64,000 nucleotides of DNA from Squalus acanthias. Lineage: Eukaryota. The DNA lies in assembly GCA_030390025.1 (NCBI GenBank), contig CM059432.1:139750001-139814000 (forward strand), in the 5' to 3' direction. Both the position numbers and the translations under genes were made by a program. Positions 9,963 to 21,197 of this stretch are shown here, piece by piece. Each line of letters opens with the position of its first letter. Within the stretch, counting starts at the first letter, position 1. The notes under the pieces were generated by a model, which worked only from the letters and a program-made list of their open reading frames with translations, was not told where the DNA came from and did no database searches.

Positions 9963-12831
9963 GCATAAGAACATAAGAACATAAGAAATAGGAGCAGGAG
10001 TAGGCCAATCGGCCCCTCGAGCCTGCTCCGCCATTCAATAAGATCATGGCTGATCTGATCCTAACCGCCAATCTACTATCTATCACAGAACCATCTCCTG
10101 CATCTAACAGAATTGCACACACGAAATAGGAGCAGAATCAGGCTACACAGTCCCTGGGCCCGCTCCACTACCCACAGGGCCATGACCGATCCGAACCTAG
10201 ACTCATGTCCAAATTCCTGCCCGCTCCCCGTAACCCTTAATGCCCTTTACTTCTAGGAAACTGTCTATTTCTGTTTTAAATTTAATTAATGTTGTAGCTT
10301 CTACAGCTTTTTGTGGCAGCATATTCCATGGACCTACCACCCTCTGAGTGAAGTAGTTCCTCCTCATCTCAGTTTTGAAAGAGCAGCCCCTTATTCTAAG
10401 ACTATGCCCCCTAGTTCTCGTCTCACCCGTCATCGGGAACATCCTCCCCGCATCCACCCGATCCAACCCCTTCACAATCTTATATGTTTCAATAAGATCG
10501 CCTCTCATTCTTCTGAACTCCAATGAGTAGAGTCCCAATCTACCCAACCTCTCCTCATATGACCACCCCCTCATCCCCGGGATTAACCGAATGAACCTTT
10601 TTTGCACTGCCTCGAGAGCAAGGATGTCTTTCCTTAAGTAAGGACACCAAAACTGTATGCAGTATTCCAGGTGCGGTCTCACCAATACCTTGTACAACTG
10701 AAGCAATACCTCCCTATTTTTATATTCTATCCCCCTAACAATGAAAGCCAACATTCCATTTGCCTTCTTAATCACTTGCTGCACCTGCATACTAACCTTT
10801 TGAGTTTCGTGCACCAGGACCCCCAGATCCCTTTGCACTTCAGTACTCTCCAGTTTCTTGCCATTAAGATAATAAATTGCTCTAGGATTTTTCCTGCCAA
10901 AGTGCATCACCTCACACTTTCCAGTGTTGTATTCCATCTGCCAAATCTCTGCCCACTTACTTAGCCTGTCTATGTCCCCTTGCAGGTTTTTTATGTCCTC
11001 CTCATTCACTACTTTCCCTCCCATCTTTGTATCATCTGCAAATTTTGATATGTTACACTTGGTCCCTTCCTCCAAATCGTTAATATAGATTGTGAAGAGT
11101 TGGGGACCCAGCACTGACCCCTGTGGAACACCACTAGTTACTGATTGCCAGTCTGAGAATGAACCATTTATCCCAACTCTTTGCTTTCTGTTAGATAGCC
11201 AATCCTCTATCCATGCCAGAATATTACCCCCAATTCCGTGATTTTTTACCTTAAGCAATAATCTTTTGTGTGGCACCTTGTCAAATGCCTTTTGGAAGTC
11301 TAAATACACTACGTCCACTGGTTCCCCTTTATCCACTCTATATGTTACTTCCTCAAAGAACTCCAGCAAATTTGTCAAACATGACTTCCCCTTCGTAAAA
11401 CCATGCTGACTTTGTCCTATTAAATTATGATTATCCAAATGTCCTGTTACTGTTTCCTTAATAATGGACTCCAAAATTTTACCTACCACAGATGTTAGGC
11501 TAACCGGTCTATAGTTACCAGCCTTCTGTCTACTGCCCTTTTTAAATAAGGGTGTTACATTAGCAGTTTTCCAGTCTACCGGGACCTTAGCGGAATCCAG
11601 GGAGTTTTGAAAAATTATTACCAATGCATCTACAATCCCTACCGCCACTTCCTTCAAGACTCTAGGATGTAAGCCATCAGGTCCAGGTGATTTATCCGCC
11701 TTGAGTCCCATTATTTTACCGAGTACCACTTCCTTAGTGATTTTGATCGTGTTTAGCTCCTCTCCCCCTATAGCCCCCTGTTTGTCCAGTGTTGGGATAT
11801 TCTTAGTGTCCTCTACTGTAAAGACTGATACAAAATATTCATTCAGTGTTTTTGCCATCTCCATATTTCCCACCATTAATTTCCCGGTCTCATCCTCTAA
11901 GGGACCAACATTTACTTTAGCCACCCTTTTTCTTTTTATATAACTATAAAAACTCTTACTATCTGTTTTTATATTTTTTGCTAATTTACTTTCATAATCT
12001 ATCTTCCCTTTCTTAATCAATCTTTTTGTTATTTTTTGCTGCCTTTTAAAGTTTTCCCAATCCTCTGTCCTCCCACTAGATTTCGCTACCTTATATGCCC
12101 TTGTTTTTAGTCGAATACTATCCTTAATTTCTTTACTTAGCCACGGATGACTGTCCTTTCTTTTACACCCTTTTCTTTTCAGTGGAATATATTTTTTTTG
12201 GAAGTTGTAAAATAACTCCTTGAATGTACACCACTGATCATGTGTCGTCTTACCCTTTAATCTATTTTCCCAATCCACTCTACTCAATTCCGCTCGCATA
12301 CCTTCATAGTCTCCTTTATTCAAGCTTAGCATGCTTGTTTGAGATCCAACCTTCTCACCCTCTAATTGAATATGGAATTCAACCATGTTATGGTCACTCA
12401 TTCCAAGGGGATCCTTTACTAGGACATTTTTAATTAATCCTGTCTCGTTACACAGGACCAGATCTAAGGTTGCTTGCCCCCTGGTCGGTTCAGTTACATA
12501 CTGCTCAAGAAACCCATCCCTAATACACTCAATGAACTCATCCTCAAGGCAGCCCTGCCCCATTTGATTTGTCCAATTAATATGATAGTTAAAATCCCCC
12601 ATAATTATAGATGTTCCCTTATTACATGCCTCAACTATTTCCTGATTGATACTCCGTCCAATAGAGTTGCAACTGTTCGGAGGCCTATAGACTACGCCCA
12701 CTAATGTTTTTTTCCCCTTATTATTCCTTATCTCCACCCAAACTGTTTCATTACCATGATTTTTTGACCCAATATCATTACTCTGTATTACAGTGATTCC
12801 TTCCTTTATTAACATAGCCACCCCACCTCCC
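9963..12831 (-). mobile_element. Young 5'-truncated CR1 LINE with uninterrupted ORF2 remnant and extended 3'UTR
   Basis: Open frame 10203-12821; (TTCTTATG)n tail; interrupts another CR1 in the opposite orientation. Confidence 0.95.
10203..12821 (-). CDS. CR1 ORF2 (APE endonuclease C-terminal part plus reverse transcriptase), N-terminally truncated
   Basis: YRPP, GDFN, LDL, SDH (APE); KSPGPDG, NYRPVSL, QHGF, YLDFQKAFD, GVPQGSVLGP, FADDTK (RT). The frame begins at the GGGVA motif, so the listed start is not a real initiator. Confidence 0.9.
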   Translation of the reverse strand: MAMLIKEGITVIQSNDIGSKNHGNETVWVEIRNNKGKKTLVGVVYRPPNSCNSIGRSINQEIVEACNKGTSIIMGDFNYHINWTNQMGQGCLEDEFIECIRDGFLEQYVTEPTRGQATLDLVLCNETGLIKNVLVKDPLGMSDHNMVEFHIQLEGEKVGSQTSMLSLNKGDYEGMRAELSRVDWENRLKGKTTHDQWCTFKELFYNFQKKYIPLKRKGCKRKDSHPWLSKEIKDSIRLKTRAYKVAKSSGRTEDWENFKRQQKITKRLIKKGKIDYESKLAKNIKTDSKSFYSYIKRKRVAKVNVGPLEDETGKLMVGNMEMAKTLNEYFVSVFTVEDTKNIPTLDKQGAIGGEELNTIKITKEVVLGKIMGLKADKSPGPDGLHPRVLKEVAVGIVDALVIIFQNSLDSAKVPVDWKTANVTPLFKKGSRQKAGNYRPVSLTSVVGKILESIIKETVTGHLDNHNLIGQSQHGFTKGKSCLTNLLEFFEEVTYRVDKGEPVDVVYLDFQKAFDKVPHKRLLLKVKNHGIGGNILAWIEDWLSNRKQRVGINGSFSDWQSVTSGVPQGSVLGPQLFTIYINDLEEGTKCNISKFADDTKMGGKVVNEEDIKNLQGDIDRLSKWAEIWQMEYNTGKCEVMHFGRKNPRAIYYLNGKKLESTEVQRDLGVLVHETQKVSMQVQQVIKKANGMLAFIVRGIEYKNREVLLQLYKVLVRPHLEYCIQFWCPYLRKDILALEAVQKRFIRLIPGMRGWSYEERLGRLGLYSLEFRRMRGDLIETYKIVKGLDRVDAGRMFPMTGETRTRGHSLRIRGCSFKTEMRRNYFTQRVVGPWNMLPQKAVEATTLIKFKTEIDSFLEVKGIKGYGERAGIWT

Positions 12832-13417
12832 CAAGGAGGTTATGATATAGCTGTACAAAACGCTAGTTAGGCCACAGCTGGAATACTGTGTGCAGTTCTG
12901 GTCGCCACACTATAGGAGGGATGTGATTGCATTGGAGAGGGTGCAGAGGAGATTCACCAGGATGTTACCTGAGCTGGAGCGCTTCAGCTATGAAGAGAGA
13001 CTGGACAGGCTGGGGTTGTTTTCCTTAGAGCAGAGAAGGCTGAGGGGGGACCTGATTGAGGTGTACAAAATTATGAGGGGCATAGATAGGGTAGATAGAA
13101 AGCAACTTTTCCCCTTAGTAGAGGGGTCATTAACCAGGGGGCATAGTTTCAAGGTAAGGGGCAGGAGGTTTAGAGGGGATGTGAGGAAAAACTTTTTCAC
13201 CCAGAGGGTGGTTGGAATCTGGAACTCACTGCCTGAAAGGGTGGTAGAGGCAGGAACCCTCACAACATTCAAGAAGCATTTAGATGAGCACTTGAAATGC
13301 CATAGCATACAAGGTTACGGACTAAGTGCTGGAAAATGGGATTAGAATAGACAGGGCTTGATGGCCGGCGCGGATACGATGGGCCGAAGGGCCTCTTTCT
13401 GTGCTGTATAACTCTAT

Positions 13418-14312
13418 GGGGGAAAAATTCAGTTGGTTGCGCCTCCCATTAGCGCCTTAAGAGGGCGCTAATGGGGCGCAAAGCATCTAGCGCCCGGGCG
13501 CGGCGATGTTTGCGCCGCTCGCGAAATTAACTAGACATTTTGCGATGGCGCTAAACACTACCGCCACGATCTCCTGCACCGGCAGATCGTGACGTCAGTG
13601 GAGTGTGCAACGCCCCGGTATCGCCCCGGAGCGGATATTGAGTGGCGCCCCCTGCCTTACCGCCTGCCGCTAGCAACGACAGGTTGAGGGGAGCGTTTTG
13701 CAGTCAGGAAGGGACTGGGGGAGCGCTATTTAAAGGCGACCGCTTCCTGCCTTTTATTGTTGGTGACATTTTTGAACCACGCTTTCTGAGAGAGAGAGAG
13801 AGAGAGACTTCTGGAGAGATTCAATGCTGTGTGAAGGAGTTTTGGGTACTGAGCAGCACTTTGCAGGTTCATTTTGATTTGCCCTTCCTTGTATCGATTT
13901 AGAAGAGACTGTGGGGACTGCACTCTGAGCTCTTTCCCTGGTACTCTCAATTGTTCTTTCCAGCAGATTTGATGTACAGGTCTCTCCAGGCTGAGATTCA
14001 AGGCTGCAATGAGCAGGATGTGGATGGAAAGCAAGATCAACCCTCCCCTTTAAGAACTGGCCCGTGTCATTGTGTGTGTGTTCCATTGCTGACTGACATC
14101 ACATGAGCTTCGCCAGCGCTCTGAGGTAGCGCCTCGCTCCTCGGCCTTTGCGCCTTAAGACAGGTGTGAAGCGCCTGATTTAGCGCTCCAATCACCTCCA
14201 GGGGCGATAAAAGTCAAGTTTGCAGTCGGTGGCGATAATTAGCGCCAGGCGCTAATCTTTGCGCCCGGCCGATAATTGCGCCCCAAATGGGGCGACACTG
14301 AATTTCTCCCCC
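13418..14312. mobile_element. Non-autonomous Harbinger element (MITE-like), 895 bp, opposite orientation to the autonomous copy
   Basis: TIRs GGGGGAAAAATTCAGT / rc GGGGGAGAAATTCAGT; TAT TSD at 13415-13417 and 14313-14315; first 67 nt match the reverse complement of 21642-21708 at 65 positions. Confidence 0.93.
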
Positions 14313-14324
14313 TATGACTCTATG

Positions 14325-15430
14325 GATAGAGAACTGGTTGGCAGACAGGAAGCAAAGAGTTGGAATAAATGGGTCTTTTTCCGAGTGGCAGGCAGTGACT
14401 AGTGGGGTACCGCAGGGATCGGTGCTAGGACCCCAGCTATTCACAATATATATTAATGATCTAGACGAGGGAACTAGATGTAATATCTCCAAGTTTGCAG
14501 ACGACACAAAGCTGGGTGGGCGTGTGTGCTGTGAGGAGGATGGAAAGAAACTCCAGTATGATTTGGACAGGTTGGGTGATTGGGCAGATGCATGGCAGAT
14601 GCAGTATAATGTGGATAAATGCGAGGTTATCCACTTTGGTGGCAAAAACAGGAAGACAGATTATTATCTGAATGGCAATAGATTGGGAAAAGGGGAAGTG
14701 CAACGAGGCCTGGGTGTCCTTGTGCACCAGTCGCTGAAGGTAAGCATGCAGGTGCAGCAGGCGGTTAATAAGGCAAATGGTATGTTGGCCTTCATAGCGA
14801 GAGGATTCAAGTACAGGAGCAAGGATGTCTTGCTGCAGTTGTACAGGGCCTTGGTGAGACCACACCTTGAATATTGTGTGCAGTTTTGATCGCCTTATCT
14901 GAGGAAGGATGTTCTTGCCATGGAGGGAGTGCAGCGAAGATTCACCAGACTGATACCTGGGATGGCAGGAATGACGTATGAAGAGAGATTGAGTCGATTA
15001 GGCTTATATTCGCTAGAGTTTAGAAGAATGAGAGGGGATCTCATTGAAACTTATAAAATTCGAACAAGACTAGACAGACTAGATGCAGGAAGGCTGTTCC
15101 CGATGGCGGGGGAGTCCAGAACCAGGGGTCACAGTCTAAGGATAAGTGGTAAGCCATTTAGGACTGAGATGAGGAGGAATTTCTTCACCCAGAGAGTGGT
15201 GAACCTGTGGAATTCTCTAGCACAGAAGGCAGTTGAGGCCAATTCATTAAATATATTCAAGAAGGAGTTAGATATATTTCTTAAGGCTAAAGGGATCAAG
15301 GGATATGGGGAGAAAGCAGGGACAGGGTACTGAATTTGGATGATCAGCCATGATCTCATTAAATGGCGGAACAGGCTCGAGGGGCCGAATGGCCTACTCC
15401 TGCTCCTATCTTCTATGTTTCTGTGACTCT
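14325..15430 (+). mobile_element. 5'-truncated CR1 (RT C-terminal half plus 3'UTR), one premature stop
   Basis: WIENWL..GVPQGSVLGP..FADDTK; TGA at 14887-14889 in place of Trp; terminal GGCCGAATGGCC..CCTGCTCC motif. Confidence 0.92.
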
Positions 15431-17904
15431 TACAAAAGCAAAATGCCGGGATGCTGGAAATCTGAAATATAAGCAGAAGATGTTGGAAATATAAACAAAA
15501 CAGGAAAAGTGAGCATAGGAAAGAATAAAGTAAGGGAGGACATTGACGGCAAGGGAGCAAATAGAGTTATAGAACAGGAGTCTAAAAAGATGGTTAAACA
15601 TAAAGTGAGAGGAAATCCTATTAATAATGAATTAAACTGTCTGTACAGCAATGCACACAGTGTCCGAAATAAAACAAGGGAGCTGGAGGCAATCATGCGT
15701 TGGGAGGAACCAGACATAATAGGGATTACTGAGACATGGCTACAGAAAAATCAGGACTGGGAATTAAACATTGCAGGGTATAACATATTTAGAAAAGATA
15801 GAGAGGGAAAAAGGGGAGGTGGAGTAGCTGTACCTATTAGGGATAACATAATGGCAGTAGAAAAAAGGGATGTAGGTATCAGCAAGACAAAAATAGAATC
15901 CATATGGATAGAGATAAAAGATAATAAAGGATCAATCACCCTAATAGGCATAGTCTACAGACCACCTAATAGTGGAATGGAGGAAGAACTATACAGAGAA
16001 ATTAGTTAAAAACATAATAATCATGGGGGATTTTAACTACCCCGATATTAATTGGACAGAAGAGGTAGGTAAAGGGGGTAAGGGAATAGAGTTCCTACAA
16101 TGTCTACAGGACCCCTTTCTGACCCAATATGTAAAAATCCCAACAAGGGAGGATTCGATATTGATCTAGATATGGGGAATGAGCCGGAGCAGATAAGAGA
16201 AGTAAAAGTAGGGGAACATCTAGGCAATAGTGACCATAATATAATATGCTTTAAGATGACAATAGAGAAGGACATAAGAATGACAAAAACCAAGTTAATA
16301 GATTGGAGAAAAGCTGATTTCGAGGGGCTGAGAATAGAACTTGGGAAGATAAAATGGGCAACAATATTGGCAAACAACACTGTAGAACGACAATGGGAAA
16401 CATTTAAAATGGTATTCAACAGATTGCAAGAAAAATATATTCTGCTAAAAGGAAGGAACAAACTAAACACTAATGAGATTCCATGGATGAATAAAGACAT
16501 AAGGAAACAATTGAGGGTAAGGAAAGAGGCATACATTAAGTACATAGACAGCAGAGGAGTGCATGATAAGGGAGAATACGAAGGGATTAGGAGAGAAGTC
16601 AAAAAAACAATTAGGAAGGCAAAGAGGAACTATGAAATTAAATTATCAAGGAACATAAAACAAAATAGTAAAATATTTTACAGGCACATCAATAAAAAAA
16701 GGAAGGTTGGGATGGGAATAGGGCCATTAAGGGATAGATAGGACAATACCACAGGTAACGATAGGGAGATGGCAAAAATATTAAATCATTATTTCGCTTC
16801 GGTATTTACCAGGGAGATAGAACAGGTGGACACGACATTGGATAATGAGATGACTAATGAGATAAGTGCATTTAAAATAAAAAAAGTGGATACATTAAAT
16901 AAACTAATCAAACTCAAAGAGGATAAAACTCCTGGTCCGGATGGATTGCATCCACACATTTTAAACGAATCTAGGGAAGAGATAGCAGAGACATTACTAC
17001 ATATATTTAATAATTCATTAGAAAAAAGTGTAGTGTCAGAAGACTGGCAGATAGCTAACGCAATACTTATATTTAAGAAGGGGGACAGAACATGTCCAAG
17101 GAATTATAGACCAGTCAGCTTAACATTGGTGATAGGGAAAATAATGGAATCTCTACTAAAGGAGAGAATAGAAGAACATCTAGAAATGAAAAGTTTAATA
17201 ATGAATAGTCAGCATGGATTTCAAAAGGGAAAATCTTGCTTGATCAACCTTATTGAATTTTTTGAAGAGGTAACACAGAGAGTAGACAATGGTAATGCAG
17301 TAGATGTAATTTGTCTAGATTTTCAAAAGGCCTTCGATAAGGTACCCCATAATAGACTAATGAATAAGGTCAGAGACTGCGGAGTCAGGGGACAAGTAGC
17401 AGAATGGATTGCTGGCTGGCTTCAGGACAGAAAGCAGAGAGTGGGAGTAAAGGGTAGCTATTCACAGTGGCAGAAGGTGGGTAGTGGTGTTCCACAAGGT
17501 TCAGTGCTGGGACCACTGCTGTTCACAATTTACATTAAAGATTTAGGGGGAAAAATTAGGTCGCGCCCCATTTGGGGCGCAAATATCGCCTGGATGCAAA
17601 TATTAGCGCCTGGCGCTAATTATCGGCACTGACTGGAAACTTCACTTTTACCGCCCCGGGAGGTGAGTGGAGCGCTAAATCAGGCGCTGCACACCTGTCT
17701 TAAGGCGCAAAGGCCGAGCAGTGAGGCGCTAACTCAGCGCGCGAGCGCAGCGCAGCTGCTGCCAGTTAGCGAGGGAACACAGACACACTGGCGCCGGCCA
17801 CTTCTTAAAGCGGGGGGGGCCAACTTGCTCCCCAGCCACACCCTGCTCATTGCAGCCTTGAATCTCAGCCTGGAGAGACCTGTGAATCCATTTTGCTGCC
17901 AAGG

Positions 17905-19724
17905 ATGGAGAGGGTGAGAGAACGAGCTCATCGCTTCACCGAGCGGGCCTTGGATGCTCTGGTTGGCGCGGTGGAGCGCAGAAGATGTATACTCTTCCCT
18001 GAGAGTGGCAGGAGGCCTTTGCCACGCGAGTTCAGAAGAGTGTGGAGGGAGGTGGCTCAGAGCGTCTCCTCCAGGAGCATGGTGCCCAGGACCCATACTC
18101 AATGCCGCAAAAAGTTCAACGACCTCACTCGGGTCGTCAGGGTGAGTGGCTTTTTCTCAATACCTCTCCATCCCTCCATCTCAACCTCACTCTATGGCCA
18201 GAGGGTCTTAAAACCCCAATGCACAACACTCATCCAACACCTATGGCCCTTTCATCAAACACACACACACATTCCACACTTTGCATACAGTAAGGGCTAT
18301 TCACCTATGGGAGGCACATCAGGCAAGACCATGGCTGCATACAGTAAGGGCTATTCACCTATGGGAGGCACATCAGGCAAGACCATGGCTGTATATTTAC
18401 TCAGATGCTGTCCTTTTTCTTACAGGCCAAGCTGGCGCATAATCGGAGACAGCAGCAACGGACAGGTGGAGGGCGGCCTCAGCTGCAACCCCTCAGCGAT
18501 CTTGAGGAGCGCGTCCACAGGATTGTGGCAAGCCGGGTGATCGGTCCCGTCGCCACTGGAGACGCCGACCCCGTTCTGGACAGCAATGGTAAGGTCATCA
18601 CCTTTTTGTCCTCTGTCCTTCCACTTGTCCCTCACAACACCAGCTTTTGACACTTTCAATCCAACTTGCTAACTCGCTGCACTTATTCCTCCCTTACTGC
18701 CACCCTGTCCTCACGCTAAAGCCACTCTTGTACCTCCCTGCTTTCAGATGGTGATTCACCAGCTGAGGAGACGGGCCCTGAAGCTGCCACTGGGAGTGAT
18801 GCTGCAGCTGAGGAGGAAGAGGAAGCCGGAGCATCAGTGCCACCCTCTCCCGAGGAAGCCCATGCCCACACTGGGAACACGCCTTCCCTGGAGGGGAGCA
18901 GGGGGGAAGGGTCTGATGAGGGTGAAGCTCCAGGACCCAGCGGGCTGCAGCAACGCCATGGGGGTAGGGAAGAACGGGGGCCTTCTCCCCAGAGGGAGAG
19001 TATGCCAGACACTCCTACTGCAATGGACGCAGAGGAGGAGCGGCTGATCGCAGAAATGAACACCCAGGCGGTGGGCATGCACACTGAGCTCATGGGTGCA
19101 GTGGGAAGGGTGCCCGAATGCATTGAGTCACTGGCAAGGTGTGTGGAGCACTTCGCTGTAGCACAGGCGGATGCCACGCTAACGCTTAGTGCTGCAATTC
19201 AGTCACTGGCTGCCATGATCCCATCTCTGACTGCTCTCATGCAGACTCAGATTGAGGCCACGCGAGCACAGACTGCTGCCAACCTCGATGGTTCGTTCAC
19301 ATGTCCCTGGGGCTGTCACCGCGCCGCAGCAGGCCAGCAATCTGTTCTCCAGCAGATTGCTCCGGATGCTGAAGTGCTGCCCCGTGGGAGTGCCAGTGTG
19401 TCGGGCGAGCAGGGAGTTGCTGTCCTCTCTCACGATGACAGCATTCCTGCTGCCAACACTGTCACTTCTCCACTGCACTTGCCACCGCCTGTAGGACAGA
19501 CTGCTGCCGCCCATGCAGAGTTGGTGCAGTCTGCAGCCGGGCCCTCCAGGCCCAGAACTGGTCGAGGCCGTCCTTCAGGGGCATCTGCAGTGTCAGGGTC
19601 TGACGAGCAGCAGCCTTCCACCAGCCTTGCTGCAGCCACTGAGGTCCCATTACAGAGGAGCAGTAGGGTTAGAAGGGGGGAAGTGCGCAAGGGAAGGAGA
19701 TCACCCTCGAAGGGTAAAAAGTAG
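17905..19724 (+). CDS. Harbinger Myb/SANT-like DNA-binding protein, join(17905..18141,18426..18588,18748..19724), 458 aa
   Basis: Exon 1 RFTERALDALV..W.EVA..V..RTHTQCRKKFNDL (Myb/SANT-like); exon 2 contains RTGGG; splice sites AGG|GTGAGT, TTACAG|G, ATG|GTAAGG, TTTCAG|A give compatible phases (0, then 1) and one open frame of 1377 nt. Confidence 0.88.
18282..18391 (+). repeat. Perfect 54-bp tandem duplication in intron 1 of the Myb-like gene
   Basis: TGCATACAGTAAGGGCTATTCACCTATGGGAGGCACATCAGGCAAGACCATGGC occurs twice, period 54. Confidence 0.95.
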
Positions 19725-20036
19725 GAGGTGTGACAAAATGCTGGTCATTTTTTAATTAAAGGTCGAGGTTCATGGTCCAACTTTTGTTTAGTGTTTTGGA
19801 CATTATCTCCAGGTTGTGAGAACCAGTTATGTTATTGACTGTTTTTTTGTGTTTATTTCTATGAGTTTGTCATGAGGAATTGACACACACAGAGTTTGTA
19901 AAATAAATAAGTTTCTGTATTCAAAATATACATGGTTGGTGGTTGGAATTATTGGTGCCTTGGCCGGCTTAGGGGTTGCGTGCTGGGTTCATTAATGTTG
20001 TTAGCAATGGCAGAAGCCATTTCCACAGCAGGGGCC

Positions 20037-21197
20037 CTAGAAGCGGCTTGCTATTAGCCGTTGACGGACGGCCCTTGCAGTTTCACCATTGTGGGCCGCC
20101 CTCCCGCCTTGGTGCTGTTGATGATCATCCTCCTCGTCCTCTTCCTCCTCTTCCTCCTCCTCCTCTGGTGGTGCTCCAAGGCCTGGTGGCATTGGCTGGG
20201 TCCTGAGGATTGCCATGTTATGCAACATGCAGCACACGACTACGAAGTTGGATACTCGCTCAGGCGAGTACTGCAGGGCTCCTCCAGAATGGTCGAGACA
20301 GCGGAACCGTTGCTTCAGCACGCCGATTGTGCGCTCAATTATGTTCCTGGTAGCTTGATGGCTCTCATTGTACCGCAGCTCAGCAGGGGTGTTGGGCGTA
20401 CGGAGCGGTGTCATCAGCCAGGTGCTCAATGCATACCCCTTGTCCCCGAGAAGCCAACCAACTGGCTGATGCGGTGCCTCGAAAAGTTCTGCCACAGTAG
20501 TCTGGCGCAGGATAAAAGCATCGTGGCAGCTGCCAGGATAGTGGGCATTGACAGCGAGTATCAGCTGTCTGTGGTCACAGACCAACTGAACATTCAAGGA
20601 ATGGAACCCCTTTCTGTTCCGGAATTCCTCGGCATTCTCATGCGGAGCACGCAAAGCCACATGCGTGCAGTCAATGGCGCCCTGCACCATGGGGAAGCCC
20701 GCTACCCTCGCAAAGCCCAGAGCGCGGTCACGCTGCTTGTCTGGGGTCATGGGGAAAGAGATGAACTCTCGTCTCCTTTTAAAGAGGGCATTTGTGACCT
20801 GCCGGATGCAGCAATGCACCGCGAACTGGGAGATATTGGCGAGGTCCCCAGCAGCAGCTTGAAATGAGCCAGTAGCGTAAAAGTTGAGAGCCACTGTGAC
20901 CTTCACTGCCACCGACAGAGACGTCCTGGACCTCAGTTGAGGCTGCAGATCTGGCTGCAGCAGGTGGCAGAGCTCAGTGACCACCTCCTTGCTGAATCGC
21001 AGCCTTCGCAAACACAGCTCCTCAGACATATGAATGTAGGAGAGCTGTTCACGATATACCCTGGGAGGGTAAGCTCTCCTGTACATACGCCTGTTGGCCC
21101 TCCTCCGTCTGGCCATCATTGCCACTCTCTCTCTGCGTCTCTGTATCCTCCGATTCAGCTGGAGCAGGACGACGCCCCCAATCAGTGCAGCCCCCAT
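20037..21197 (-). CDS. Harbinger DDE transposase (HARBI1-like family), 386 aa from the ATG at 21197
   Basis: Motifs GAIDCTH, RNRKGFHSLNVQLVCD, PGSCHDAFIL, LLGDKGY, RNIIERTIGVLKQRFRCL, CCMLHN; no stops; ATG in ACTATGG context. Confidence 0.95.
   Translation of the reverse strand: MGAALIGGVVLLQLNRRIQRRRERVAMMARRRRANRRMYRRAYPPRVYREQLSYIHMSEELCLRRLRFSKEVVTELCHLLQPDLQPQLRSRTSLSVAVKVTVALNFYATGSFQAAAGDLANISQFAVHCCIRQVTNALFKRRREFISFPMTPDKQRDRALGFARVAGFPMVQGAIDCTHVALRAPHENAEEFRNRKGFHSLNVQLVCDHRQLILAVNAHYPGSCHDAFILRQTTVAELFEAPHQPVGWLLGDKGYALSTWLMTPLRTPNTPAELRYNESHQATRNIIERTIGVLKQRFRCLDHSGGALQYSPERVSNFVVVCCMLHNMAILRTQPMPPGLGAPPEEEEEEEEEDEEDDHQQHQGGRAAHNGETARAVRQRLIASRF

Larger units (their letters stand above)
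9511..14324 (+). mobile_element. CR1 3' fragment split into 9511-9966, 12832-13417 and tail 14316-14324
   Basis: RT frame ...AFISRGI stops at 9966 and resumes as KEVM..LYKTLVRPQLEY at about 12833. The (ACTCTATG)n tail is split by the Harbinger MITE. Confidence 0.88.

Noticed and set aside
9963..9990. Short direct-repeat array (CATAAGAA)n as CRISPR or satellite
   Set aside because: CR1 3' tail repeat with no spacers.
18142..18540. C-terminal part of the 215-aa ORF 17893..18540 with a peptide repeat
   Set aside because: Read-through into intron 1; the repeat is the intronic 54-bp duplication.
20061..20867. 268-aa plus-strand ORF
   Set aside because: Antisense shadow of the transposase with no recognisable motifs.
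20037..21197. Domesticated host gene HARBI1
   Set aside because: Flanked by TIRs and a TSD and inserted in a LINE, so it is a mobile copy.
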